Shown here: piece after piece, positions 47,966 to 58,231 of the stretch
Position numbering within the stretch: position 1 is the stretch's first letter
How the letters are laid out: each line of letters begins with the position of its first letter
From: a virus
IMG/VR virus record: IMGVR_UViG_3300032087_006376
Location: 63,709 to 127,708 of that record
DNA: 64,000 nucleotides
Strand: one strand, 5' to 3'
Position numbers and translations under genes: made by a program
Notes under the pieces: generated by a model
What the model saw: only the letters and a program-made list of their open reading frames with translations
Told to the model about the DNA's origin: nothing
Database searches by the model: none

Positions 47966-49036
47966 ATGTTAAGTGAAAAAGATAAAATTTTTATAAATAA
48001 AAAAATTGAGGAAGGTCTGAATGATTATGTAGTGATAGCTAATCTTTTGCATGATAAAGAGAATCTTACAGGCAGATCAAAAGAATCTAGACTTGTTAGA
48101 GATTACCTTGTAGAAGTTGGATTCATAAAAAAGAAAAAGAAAGCTAGATTTTCTCACGTTAAAGAGATTTTAACAGAGGCTCAATCTGAATTTATAGATC
48201 AAAATGTCGAATCAGGCATGAGTCCTAAGCAGATAACTGAATTAATTTTTAATCAAAAGTTTCAAGGTGTTGAAAATTTAAATATTCATGTTACCGCAGA
48301 ATACAGAGCAGTGCATAAATATATAAAAGAAAAATATCCTCAATTTTTAGTTGAGTCAGAATCAGGAGTTAATCAAAAATATTCTGTGCCTCGATCTTTG
48401 AAAACTGTTTTAAACAAAGTGAATAAATGGTGTGGGCAGAATCTAAATGAAGAAAAGCTTTCATTGCAACATAGAAAATGTTTAGAAAAATTATTAGTTT
48501 ACTTAGGTAGCCCTCGTTTTGTTGGAAATTATGATTCTTACGGAAGTTCTAGTGATAAAGATCTTTTTGAGGCGGAGTTTGTACGGTCTGTTTGGGACAA
48601 ACCAGATTTAACAATAGATGAAATAAACTTATATATAAATGTTTGCATGGATTATATTAATTTAAGACAAATTGACATAAAGAAAAACAAGGTTAATGAA
48701 ATGTTTAACGAAACTCAAGAGCAAAATGATTTAACAATTCGTTTAACTGAAATTTTAAAAACAATTAGCGAGGAGTATAATCAGTGCGCTAGACGTATCG
48801 ATCAGAGCATTCAAAAATTAAATGGCGAAAGGGCAAAAAGAGTGGAACGCCACAATCAAAAGAACGCCTCCATCTTAAATTTAGTGGAGCTTTTTCAAGA
48901 TGAAAAAGAAAGAAGTATGATGATTCAAATCGCTGAAATGCAAAAACAAGCTGTTGAAGATGAAGCTGAAAAATTTGAAAACATGTCTTCTTGGAAAGCT
49001 AGAATTTTAGGCGTATCTAAAGAAGATGCTATATGA
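47966..49036 (+). CDS. Hypothetical protein (position suggests small terminase or packaging accessory)
   Basis: Coiled-coil C-terminus; upstream of terminase. Confidence 0.4.
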   Translation: MLSEKDKIFINKKIEEGLNDYVVIANLLHDKENLTGRSKESRLVRDYLVEVGFIKKKKKARFSHVKEILTEAQSEFIDQNVESGMSPKQITELIFNQKFQGVENLNIHVTAEYRAVHKYIKEKYPQFLVESESGVNQKYSVPRSLKTVLNKVNKWCGQNLNEEKLSLQHRKCLEKLLVYLGSPRFVGNYDSYGSSSDKDLFEAEFVRSVWDKPDLTIDEINLYINVCMDYINLRQIDIKKNKVNEMFNETQEQNDLTIRLTEILKTISEEYNQCARRIDQSIQKLNGERAKRVERHNQKNASILNLVELFQDEKERSMMIQIAEMQKQAVEDEAEKFENMSSWKARILGVSKEDAI

Positions 49037-49953
49037 ATCAGTGTCAAATATGTGAACAAAAATTTGAATCTGATAAATCATTTCATGCTCATCTAAAAAA
49101 ACATGGTCTTTATCAGGCTGAGTATTATTGTAAATATCACCCACGGTATTCGCTATATTATAAAAAACAAATTCCATTCATAAACAAAAAGGATTATTTT
49201 GAAAGAGAATTTATTGATTTAAATGAATTTATGATATGGGAAAAAAATGCTGAATCTACTTTAGTAAAAGCAAAATGTTTAGAGCTATTATCAAAAAGAA
49301 TAGAAGATAAACAATATGAATATGCTCCATTTCATAATGAATTAAAAACTTTAGGATTACCTCCGGTTGATATTTTTAAAAAACATTTTAAATCTTACAG
49401 TAAAGCTTGCAAAGCCATAAATAAAGAACCTCTTTTTAATAAACCTATGCCGTTTGATTTTTACGAAAAACAAATTCCAGAGTTTGAAATTTTAGTTGAC
49501 ACAAGAGAGCAGGATCCATTGCCTTTTAAAAAAACAAAAAAAGAAAAATTATATATCGGAGATTATATAAATAACGATGGTGACTATACTTACACATACA
49601 TTGACAGAAAAAGCGAAACGGACTTTTTAGGTACGTTAGCTTCTGGCGTTTCTCGTTTTGAAAGAGAGATACAGAAGGCTGTTCAGTTAAACAGTTATTT
49701 ATTTGTTGTTATAGAAACTACTATTGATAAAATAAAATTTAATCACAAAAAATTTAGGAGAAGAACAAGTTTAGAATATGTATTTCATAATATGAGATAT
49801 TTAAGTCATAAATATGCGAGAAATGTTCAATTTGTTTTCACTGGAGATAGAGAAAAATCCATAAATATAATACCGAGACTCCTTTATTTAGGCGACAGAT
49901 TGTGGGGGGTTGATATTCAATATTATTTAGATCATGAGCTGGGAGACAGGTAA
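49033..49953 (+). CDS. C2H2 zinc finger plus ERCC4-type nuclease
   Basis: CQIC...HAHLKKH; ILVDTREQ, GDY, IDRKS..DF. Confidence 0.75.
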   Translation: MNQCQICEQKFESDKSFHAHLKKHGLYQAEYYCKYHPRYSLYYKKQIPFINKKDYFEREFIDLNEFMIWEKNAESTLVKAKCLELLSKRIEDKQYEYAPFHNELKTLGLPPVDIFKKHFKSYSKACKAINKEPLFNKPMPFDFYEKQIPEFEILVDTREQDPLPFKKTKKEKLYIGDYINNDGDYTYTYIDRKSETDFLGTLASGVSRFEREIQKAVQLNSYLFVVIETTIDKIKFNHKKFRRRTSLEYVFHNMRYLSHKYARNVQFVFTGDREKSINIIPRLLYLGDRLWGVDIQYYLDHELGDR

Positions 49954-51799
49954 CCAAGTACCAAGAAAAAAAGAATTCATTAGTAATGAAGATCTTTTAA
50001 AAAAGAAAGGTTTCTTAGAAGAGAAAGAAGCTAAGCTTTTATTTTATCAATTTTTACGGAACAACGTAACATTTGCTACGGATTTAATTACCGGCGTTCA
50101 ATTGTTTCCATTTCAACACATGGCTATTAAAAGCATGTTAGAGACGGATTATTTTTTAGGTGTTTGGTCCCGTGGGATGAGCAAAAGTTATACTACAGGT
50201 ATCTATGCTGTGTTAGATGCTATTTTAAATCAAGGGGTTGAGACAGGCATTCTTTCTAGGTCATTTCGTCAATCAAAAATGATTTTTAAAAAGATCGAAG
50301 ATATCGCTGCAAAACCTGAAGCTTATTTATTAAAACAATGTATAACGCATGTTTCTAAAAGTAATGATGAGTGGGTGATGGAAATAGGCAAAAGCAGGAT
50401 TCGGGCTTTACCTTTGGGTGACGGTGAAAAGTTACGTGGATTTCGTTTTCATCGTATAATTATTGATGAGTTTCTGTTAATGCCTGAACGTATATACAAT
50501 GAGGTTATAGTGCCATTCTTATCTGTCGTTCAAAATCCAACACAACGAGAAGAGTTATATAAGGTTGAAAATAAATTAATCGATCAAGGAAAAATGAAAG
50601 AAGAAGATCGATATCAGTGGCCTAATAATAAATTGATAGCCCTTTCATCCGCTTCTTTTAAATTTGAATATTTGTATAAACTATATGAGCAGTATGAAAA
50701 TTTAATTTTTAATCCAAAAAATAAAGAAAGAACACGCCGTTGTGTGATGCAGTTCAGTTATGATTGTGCGCCTGTGCAGTTGTATGATCAAAATCTAATT
50801 AATCAAGCGAAAGCTACCATGAGTGAATCTCAGTTTATGCGAGAATTTGGAGCTCAATTTACTGATGATAGTTCTGGTTATTTTAAAATATCTAAAATGG
50901 CTTTATGTACTGTACCTGATGGAGAGTCACCGTCTGTTGAGGTGGTTGGCAAACCGGAAAGTGAATATATTGTAGCGGTCGATCCTTCGTGGTCTGAAAC
51001 AGAGTCTTCTGATGATTTTGCAATTCAGGTTTTAAAATTAAACAGTGAAAAACAAATCAGTACATTAGTACATTCTTACGCTTTATCAGGCAGTTCGTTA
51101 AAAGATCATATTAAATACTTTTTATATATTTTAAAGAATTTTAATGTTGTAGCTGTGTGTATGGATTATAATGGTGGCGTTCAGTTTATGAATTCATGCA
51201 ATGAAAGTGAGTTATTTAAAAGTGAAGGAATAAACTTGAAACAAATTGTTACTGAATTTGAAAAACCTGAAGATTATCCGCAGAACTTAATTTCATTAAA
51301 AAATGAATATAATAAATCAGATTATAAGTATGTATTTTTGAGAAAACCAACCTCTAGCTGGATTAGAACCGCCAATGAATTACTTCAAGCAAATTTCGAT
51401 CATAGAAGAATATTTTTTGGAAGCAGAGCTATTGATAATAATTTTAGATCTCAAACAAAAAAGAAAATAGGCATATTAAATATGAAGTTTTCTAATATGG
51501 CTGATTCAGACAAACAAAATGAAGAAGCTAAAATGATTGATTTTGTGGAACATTTAACAGATATGATTTTGTTAACAAAAACTGAATGCGCACTTATTCA
51601 AATAACTACTACAGCCCAAGGTACACAAAGTTTTGATCTTCCTCCAAATTTAAAAAGAAAGACTGGGCCGGATAAACCCAGAAAAGATAGTTATTCCGCT
51701 TTGGTGTTAGGAAATTGGTTGGTAAAAATTTATTCAGACATGAACAATACTAAGGTAGAAGAAATACAATCGACGTTCACACCTATGTTTCTAACTTAA
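49934..51799 (+). CDS. Terminase large subunit
   Basis: LFPFQ, WSRGMSKS (Walker A variant), LRGFRF..IIIDEF (Walker B), QFMREFGAQF, VAVDPS, RKDSYSAL. Confidence 0.9.
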   Translation: MSWETGNQVPRKKEFISNEDLLKKKGFLEEKEAKLLFYQFLRNNVTFATDLITGVQLFPFQHMAIKSMLETDYFLGVWSRGMSKSYTTGIYAVLDAILNQGVETGILSRSFRQSKMIFKKIEDIAAKPEAYLLKQCITHVSKSNDEWVMEIGKSRIRALPLGDGEKLRGFRFHRIIIDEFLLMPERIYNEVIVPFLSVVQNPTQREELYKVENKLIDQGKMKEEDRYQWPNNKLIALSSASFKFEYLYKLYEQYENLIFNPKNKERTRRCVMQFSYDCAPVQLYDQNLINQAKATMSESQFMREFGAQFTDDSSGYFKISKMALCTVPDGESPSVEVVGKPESEYIVAVDPSWSETESSDDFAIQVLKLNSEKQISTLVHSYALSGSSLKDHIKYFLYILKNFNVVAVCMDYNGGVQFMNSCNESELFKSEGINLKQIVTEFEKPEDYPQNLISLKNEYNKSDYKYVFLRKPTSSWIRTANELLQANFDHRRIFFGSRAIDNNFRSQTKKKIGILNMKFSNMADSDKQNEEAKMIDFVEHLTDMILLTKTECALIQITTTAQGTQSFDLPPNLKRKTGPDKPRKDSYSALVLGNWLVKIYSDMNNTKVEEIQSTFTPMFLT

Positions 51800-51852
51800 A
51801 TAAAAGTTTAAAAGTCACTTTGAAAGTTACTTAGTGTAATTATAATATAGAC

Positions 51853-53907
51853 ATGCCTAGAAAATATACAAAAAAATCAAGTTATTGGAATAAATTTTCG
51901 TCTGGAAATGAAAGTGAGAATGTTTCTTTAGAAAGTTTAGTTCAACAAAATCCTTCTGAGCCTCAGTTAGTTGGAGATCCTTTTTATAATTTTGACAGTA
52001 AAGCTAATTATTCTAGGAATGGAGGCGCATCGTCAACTTCGACGAGGAGAAATAGAATATCTACTCAACCAAAATTTAATAAATATGCCAATATCAGGGA
52101 AGGTTTGCTGCCATTTGAGATGTCCATTAATGGCTACAATGTAAGAGATGCTATCGAGTTATGTCAGAAAGCATACGCTAACGTTGCTATATTTAGAAAT
52201 GCCGTAGATATCATGTCTGAATTTTCTAATGCTGAAATCAACTTAGAAGGCGGCAGCGCAAAAGCTAGAGATTTTTTCAGCAAATGGATGAGATACATAA
52301 AAATTTGGAAAGTAAAAGATCAATATTTTAGAGAATATTATCGTAGCGGAAATATCTTTTTTTACAAACTAAATGCTAAATTTTCTTTAGATGATTTTCA
52401 GTCTATTTTAAAATCTTACGCTAATGCTGATGGTTTATCTTACGATAGTGTAGAAAAAATTTATAACTATCCTACTCCCTATGATGTTAAAAATTCTATT
52501 CCGGTACAATATACTCTTCTGAATCCATTTTATGTTGTAGCTAATAGGTCCACATCTTGGAAACAAGTTATATATGAAAAGATTCTTTCTGAATATGAAT
52601 TAGAAAGATTGCAGAACCCCAAAAATGAGCAGGATAAAATAATTTTTGATAGTTTAGATGAAGAATCTAGGGATAAAATTAAAAATGGTCAGTGGTCTCA
52701 AGATGGTTTAAAAATACAGCTCAATCCCACTGATGTTATTTATTCTTTTTACAAGAAACAAGATTATGAGCCGTTTGCTGTGCCGTTTGGTTTTGCTGTG
52801 TTGGACGATATCAACTTTAAGTTAGAAATGAAAAAGATAGATCAAGCGATCTGTCGTACAATTGAAAATGTTATTCTTTTAATTACTTTAGGCAACACTC
52901 CTGATAAAGGTGGCATCAATCACAAAAATATTTCTGCCATGCAATCTTTATTAAGCAATCAGTCTGTTGGGCGTGTTTTAGTCGCAGATTACACAACGAA
53001 AGCTGATTTTATCATTCCTGATATGAATAAAGTATTAGGCTATGAGAAATATAAAATTGTCAATGAAGATATTAAAGAAGGTTTACAGAATATTTTAATT
53101 GGTTCTGAAAAGTTTGCAAATACAACAGTTAAAGCGCAGGTCTTTTTCGAAAGATTGCGAGAAGCTAGAAACGCTTTCTTGAATGATTTCTTGCAGCCAG
53201 AGATGGAATTGATATTTAAAAACTTAGGCTTTAAGGGTAAATGTCCTATAGCTAAGTTTGAAGAAGTGTCTATTAAAGATGAAACACAATTTAATAGAGT
53301 AGTAACCAGAATGATGGAGTTAGGCATTTTGCCGCCTGAAGAAGGTATTAAAGTTATCGAAACTGGTATTTATCCTTCTGGAGAAGAGCTTGCTGCCGCT
53401 CAAGAAAAATTTGTCGAACAAAGAAAGAAAGGATTTTACAATCCTATAATAGGAGGCGTTCCTTCTATAGCTCCTCCGATGGGGGGTGGTGTTGAAGATG
53501 CTCCCGAAGAAAACAATTCTGAAAAAGCAGCTCCAGTAAAAAATAAAGTACCAAATGAAAGGGGTCGTCCAGTTGGCGCAATTAAAGCTAACGTTTATTC
53601 GAGAGAGGCTATTGCAGAAGTTTTTGATTTAACTAAACAATTATATTCTGATGTTCAAAATTTATTGAAAGAAAAGTATAATAAAAAACGCTTAACAAAG
53701 GATCAAAAAAGCTTAGCTGAAAGTGTTAGTGAAGCTATCATTATAGGTTCAGAAAGCGATGACTGGAAAGGTACAGCAGAAACAGTTTTAAAAGATCCAT
53801 CTACTTTAGATAAGTTAGGTGTGATGAAAGCTGTGCAAGATTTGGCAGCAGAACATGACTTAAACACTTACGCAGCTGCTTTATTATATCACAGTAATAA
53901 AAAATAA
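51853..53907 (+). CDS. Portal protein
   Basis: 684 aa directly after terminase; AYANVAIFRNAVDIMSEF, YY.SGN.F, EPFAVPFGF.VL.DI. Confidence 0.8.
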   Translation: MPRKYTKKSSYWNKFSSGNESENVSLESLVQQNPSEPQLVGDPFYNFDSKANYSRNGGASSTSTRRNRISTQPKFNKYANIREGLLPFEMSINGYNVRDAIELCQKAYANVAIFRNAVDIMSEFSNAEINLEGGSAKARDFFSKWMRYIKIWKVKDQYFREYYRSGNIFFYKLNAKFSLDDFQSILKSYANADGLSYDSVEKIYNYPTPYDVKNSIPVQYTLLNPFYVVANRSTSWKQVIYEKILSEYELERLQNPKNEQDKIIFDSLDEESRDKIKNGQWSQDGLKIQLNPTDVIYSFYKKQDYEPFAVPFGFAVLDDINFKLEMKKIDQAICRTIENVILLITLGNTPDKGGINHKNISAMQSLLSNQSVGRVLVADYTTKADFIIPDMNKVLGYEKYKIVNEDIKEGLQNILIGSEKFANTTVKAQVFFERLREARNAFLNDFLQPEMELIFKNLGFKGKCPIAKFEEVSIKDETQFNRVVTRMMELGILPPEEGIKVIETGIYPSGEELAAAQEKFVEQRKKGFYNPIIGGVPSIAPPMGGGVEDAPEENNSEKAAPVKNKVPNERGRPVGAIKANVYSREAIAEVFDLTKQLYSDVQNLLKEKYNKKRLTKDQKSLAESVSEAIIIGSESDDWKGTAETVLKDPSTLDKLGVMKAVQDLAAEHDLNTYAAALLYHSNKK

Positions 53908-53921
53908 GTGTAATAATTACT

Positions 53922-55517
53922 ATGTATAAATACATAACGCGGTTCGATAATGTTGTAACTGCTTCAGTAAATTTTGATAATAATTTACTGTTGTCTCAGG
54001 CATCGTTAGAGCCTATTAAAAGTTTAATTCCTAAGTCGGTTAACTTAGAAAAAAATGTAGATTTAATTGGTGCTGCTTTTAATGGAGCAGTAGTTAATGC
54101 TTTTAATAAAAACGGTGATGGGATTGATACTGATACCGCTATTGAGTTTAAAAATTATTTTACTCATAAACCTACTAATATAGAACATAAAAAACAAAAA
54201 GTAGTAGGTCATATTGTTAATTCTGCTTTTTCTTCTTTCGGGGAAAACAAGATTTTAACAGACGAAGATGTCAAGGGATCGTTAGATGCTTTTAATATTG
54301 CTTTAGCTGCTGTTGTTTACAAAACTGTAGATAAAGATTTTGCTGAAGCACTTTTAGAGTCTAATGATCCTGATTCAAACTTGTATCAAAAAATAAGCGC
54401 AAGTTGGGAGATAGGATTCAATGATTATAATATCGCTTTGGGTAGTGATAAGCTTAGTGAAGCTGAGATCATTACTAAAAAAGAACAAATAAATGAATTT
54501 AAAAAATATCTACGAGGCTTTGATGGAACTGGGTTCACAGATGATGGAACACCAGTATATCGCCTTGTAACTGGAAGAATTTATCCGTTAGGTATCGGTT
54601 TCACAACTAATCCTGCGGCAAATGTAAATGGCGTGATTATTGATGATGGAACTCAAGACACAATGGATAAAAATAACGCGAATGATAAAGACGGTGAGGT
54701 CAATACACCTGAAGTATTAAAAATTCGTGAAAATTTTTCACAAAAAGAAAAAAAACCTGTAAATATAACCAAAACTAATATTATGGATTTAGAACAGATA
54801 TTATCAGATTTAAAGACCGTCCTTGCTGAAAAGCAGACGAAAGAATCATTCAGCGAAGAGGCAGTTGCTAACATCTCTGCAAAAATCGCTGAAAGCATTA
54901 AAGAAAAGAGTGAAGAAATTCAATCTCAAATCGTTTCAGCGGAAGAAGCTAAAGCAGCTGCGGTTGCTGAAGCCGAAGAGTTGAAAAAAAGTTTAGCTGA
55001 AAACGATGAAAAATTAGATAACGCTCTTTCTAAAATTAACGAGTTAGAATCTATTCTTTCTGCACAAGCTGCTCAAGAGTTATTTAGCTCCAGAATGAGC
55101 GTTCTTGACACAGAATATGATTTTGACGACGCTGACCGTAAGTTGTTAGCTGAAGAATTAAACACTTTAGATAGCTCAGAAGAAGCTTTTGCTTCTTATC
55201 AAGAAAAGTTAGCTGTGATTTACCGTCACAAGAGTAAAGCTTTTAAAGATGAGCAAGAAAAGATTTTCCAAGAAAGATTAGAAGCTGAATTAGCCAAGCG
55301 TATTCAAAAGACCGAAGAAGTTGAGGTCGCAGAAGCAGCCGCAGAAAAAACTGAAACTCCTGAAGCTGAAGTTGAAGTTGAAACTGCATTAGCAAACGCT
55401 CAAACTGAAGAAGCTTCTTTACCTGCTCAGAATATCGAGCCTACTGAAGAGAAGGTTTCTTGGAAAGATAAATTAAGTAAGGCTTTTTCAAAAGAAAATA
55501 TAACAATTAACTTTTAA
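53922..55517 (+). CDS. Capsid maturation protease with scaffold domain
   Basis: NKNGD, KPTNIEH, VVGHI, SASWEI, GIGFT.NPAA; acidic coiled-coil C-terminus. Confidence 0.8.
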   Translation: MYKYITRFDNVVTASVNFDNNLLLSQASLEPIKSLIPKSVNLEKNVDLIGAAFNGAVVNAFNKNGDGIDTDTAIEFKNYFTHKPTNIEHKKQKVVGHIVNSAFSSFGENKILTDEDVKGSLDAFNIALAAVVYKTVDKDFAEALLESNDPDSNLYQKISASWEIGFNDYNIALGSDKLSEAEIITKKEQINEFKKYLRGFDGTGFTDDGTPVYRLVTGRIYPLGIGFTTNPAANVNGVIIDDGTQDTMDKNNANDKDGEVNTPEVLKIRENFSQKEKKPVNITKTNIMDLEQILSDLKTVLAEKQTKESFSEEAVANISAKIAESIKEKSEEIQSQIVSAEEAKAAAVAEAEELKKSLAENDEKLDNALSKINELESILSAQAAQELFSSRMSVLDTEYDFDDADRKLLAEELNTLDSSEEAFASYQEKLAVIYRHKSKAFKDEQEKIFQERLEAELAKRIQKTEEVEVAEAAAEKTETPEAEVEVETALANAQTEEASLPAQNIEPTEEKVSWKDKLSKAFSKENITINF

Positions 55518-55522
55518 AGGTT

Positions 55523-56191
55523 ATGGCACTAAGATTATTACCATTCAGACAATATAGCGAACAAGATGTAATTAACTTGTTTGCCAGCAACACTGCTGAT
55601 GCCAGTCCATCTACAAATGGAGCAGGTTCCGCAGGTGTGTTCGTTAAGGTATCAGCTGGTAATTTGGATTCAGATCCAATTACTTATGCTACAAACGGGT
55701 ATTTAGGTAAAACTGATTATCCTTTTGTTGGCGCAGCACAATACCCAGAAGTTCCTCTTAAATTTACAACGGCTACTGCAGGAGAACCTGTCCTCGGTAT
55801 TACGTTAAATCAAACTCTTCAGAATGATGAAAATGGAGAGAAACTTTTATACAATCCTGTTAAAGCTGCAGAATTACAAGCAGTTTTAAGTGGTCAGGCT
55901 TGTCCTGTCGCCACAAGAGGTGTGTTTACATTAAGCGATGATGCGATTGATTGGGCTGACAGCAGCATGACTCCCAATTCTCATCTCATTGTTTCAAGCA
56001 ACGCTGGTAAAGTAAGTGGTTTATTAGCTAGCAATGCTGGTCCGTTCACTGGTGATTATACAATCGTCGGTAGAATTTTAGGTACTGGACAACGTGTTTC
56101 CTCTAACGGTGAAAGCGATCAGTTCGCTGGAACTACTACTGGTAAATACGCTTTGGTTCAGATTGATTGTGTCAACCCAACCTCCTTGTAA
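55523..56191 (+). CDS. Head decoration/cement protein (putative)
   Basis: Lies between protease and capsid genes; beta-rich. Confidence 0.55.
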   Translation: MALRLLPFRQYSEQDVINLFASNTADASPSTNGAGSAGVFVKVSAGNLDSDPITYATNGYLGKTDYPFVGAAQYPEVPLKFTTATAGEPVLGITLNQTLQNDENGEKLLYNPVKAAELQAVLSGQACPVATRGVFTLSDDAIDWADSSMTPNSHLIVSSNAGKVSGLLASNAGPFTGDYTIVGRILGTGQRVSSNGESDQFAGTTTGKYALVQIDCVNPTSL

Positions 56192-56213
56192 TTAGAAAGG
56201 CTTTATTAATAAT

Positions 56214-57377
56214 ATGAAAATAGTTTTAAAGAGAACAGACGAACAGGTTGAGTTAATTAAAGCTTTAGCATCCAAGAATCGTGAGGTAGCCTATGACGCT
56301 CAAGTAGCTTTGGCTGAATTCATTGGTCCGGTCTTAGCTGAAGTCATTAATAACGCTCCAACTGTTTCTAACTTATTCACAAGTTTACAATTCAACGCTG
56401 AAGACAATCCTTCAATTCCTCTCGACTTATACTATGATATTTTCGACGAAGATTATATCAAAGTTTATAGTCAGTCTGTTGCAGGTGGTCTTCCTCAAAA
56501 TATCGTTCAGCCAACTGCTTCTGAACTCAAAATCGCAACTTATCGTTTAGATAGCGCTGTTGCTTTTGATAAGAAGTATGCTGCTAAGAGTCGTCTTGAC
56601 GTTGTTAGCAAATCTTTCACTCGCGTAGCTCAAGAAGTTATGTTGAAGCAAGAAAGAACATCTGCTAATCTTCTCATGACTGCATTAGCAACGGCTTCTA
56701 CAGGTAATAGCAGCACAGCAACAGATAACTTACACGTTTTCCGTTCTGCTGCAGCTAACCGTTTCGTTCTTGACGATTTAAACAAGATGTTCACTAAGAT
56801 TAAAAGAATTAACTCTTCTTTTGTCGGGGGAACACCTTCTGGAGCTCGAAGAGGTTTAACAGATCTTATCGTTTCTCCTGAAATCGTTGAGCAAATTAGA
56901 GGCATGGCTTACAATCCTATTAGCACAAAAGGTCCTGATTTAACCACTGCTCCTGCAGCTGGTGATGGGGCTGGTATCGTTGCTCCTGATTCAGTTAGAA
57001 ATGAATTATTTAATTCTGGTGGTTTACCTGAATTTTATGGTGTTTCTATCATGGAAATCTTGGAATTAGGTGACGGCAAGAAATTCAACACTATCTTCTC
57101 TTCTGTCGGTGGTGCTTCCACAACATATGCTGCTCACACAGTATCTGGTGGTGGAACTACTTTCGCTCAAGCAAGTGAGCAGATTGTTGTTGGTCTTGAC
57201 AGATCTCGCGATTCTCTTATTCGTGCAGTAGCAGTTGATTCTGACACAGGTTCTGAATTCAACTTACAGGCTGACGATCAGTACACCATCCGCCAAGGTA
57301 AAATTGGTTACTTTGGAGCCCTCGAAGAGGGACGCATGGTTCTCGATACTCGCGCTCTTATTGGTCTTATCGTTTAA
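56214..57377 (+). CDS. Major capsid protein (HK97-like)
   Basis: 387 aa, gene position, efficient codon usage, strong terminator after it. Confidence 0.85.
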   Translation: MKIVLKRTDEQVELIKALASKNREVAYDAQVALAEFIGPVLAEVINNAPTVSNLFTSLQFNAEDNPSIPLDLYYDIFDEDYIKVYSQSVAGGLPQNIVQPTASELKIATYRLDSAVAFDKKYAAKSRLDVVSKSFTRVAQEVMLKQERTSANLLMTALATASTGNSSTATDNLHVFRSAAANRFVLDDLNKMFTKIKRINSSFVGGTPSGARRGLTDLIVSPEIVEQIRGMAYNPISTKGPDLTTAPAAGDGAGIVAPDSVRNELFNSGGLPEFYGVSIMEILELGDGKKFNTIFSSVGGASTTYAAHTVSGGGTTFAQASEQIVVGLDRSRDSLIRAVAVDSDTGSEFNLQADDQYTIRQGKIGYFGALEEGRMVLDTRALIGLIV

Positions 57378-57398
57378 TATCAACCAGATCCACTACAT

Positions 57399-57430
57399 GG
57401 GTACTGCTCGAAAGGGCAGTACCCTTTTTT
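57399..57430 (+). terminator. Intrinsic terminator
   Basis: GGGTACTGCTC-gaaa-GGGCAGTACCC plus T6. Confidence 0.9.
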
Positions 57431-57464
57431 ATTGAATTTTCAATTTTAATTTTATAATATATAT

Positions 57465-57857
57465 ATGGCTAAAAAAAATACTAAGTCCAAGAAGAAGTCT
57501 GAATTAGACGATTTAAATTTTGCTGATGGCAAAGTTCATGAAGATCCTGATATAGCTAGGGTAAGAGAGCTGGAAGCATCTTTGGGGATAGAAAAGTCAA
57601 ATCCTTTTGGCACATCAAATTTACAAATTTTTAAAGAAAAATTAAGTGAAATGACTTTGGTTGACATGCAGCATATGTGTGAAAAGATTGGCATTTTTGC
57701 TAGTGGTTCAAGAATGGATATTAAAAGTAAATTATTAAGAGAATTCAAATCAACTCACAAAGCTACAATAGCTATGTCAGTTGAGAATCCATCTTTAAAG
57801 TTAGATCCTAATAATCCTGAACATCAAAAAGTTATAAAAATATTAGGAGAAATCTAG
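57465..57857 (+). CDS. Hypothetical protein
   Basis: ORF track. Confidence 0.65.
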   Translation: MAKKNTKSKKKSELDDLNFADGKVHEDPDIARVRELEASLGIEKSNPFGTSNLQIFKEKLSEMTLVDMQHMCEKIGIFASGSRMDIKSKLLREFKSTHKATIAMSVENPSLKLDPNNPEHQKVIKILGEI

Positions 57858-57897
57858 TTATTCTTCTTTTTTTATTGTATTAAGTGTAAAGTAAGAT

Positions 57898-58227
57898 GTG
57901 GCAACGCAACTTACTGTAATTCGCGGAGATACACTTGGTACTCAAACAATTAATTTGACATCTGCTACAGATGATTTTACTGATTTAGCCTGTACTGGTC
58001 AAATCAGAAGTCATCCTGATGGCAACTTGCTTTATCAATTCGTTCCCACCGTAACTTCTGCGGGAGATTTAAGTGCGTCTGTATATTTTGATATACCGGC
58101 TAGCACTACAAAAGCTTTTCCTCCTATAAATTTATATGGAGATATTCATTTTTATGCTCCCGGTATAAAAGATGTAACTCTTTTTGAGTTTAGATTAAAC
58201 GTTTTACCTGATGTAACGCACTTATAA
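57898..58227 (+). CDS. Ig-like/BppU-N-like structural protein
   Basis: VIRGDT...GQIR...Y.DI pattern; GTGTAA at 57884. Confidence 0.5.
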   Translation: MATQLTVIRGDTLGTQTINLTSATDDFTDLACTGQIRSHPDGNLLYQFVPTVTSAGDLSASVYFDIPASTTKAFPPINLYGDIHFYAPGIKDVTLFEFRLNVLPDVTHL

Positions 58228-58231
58228 TTAT

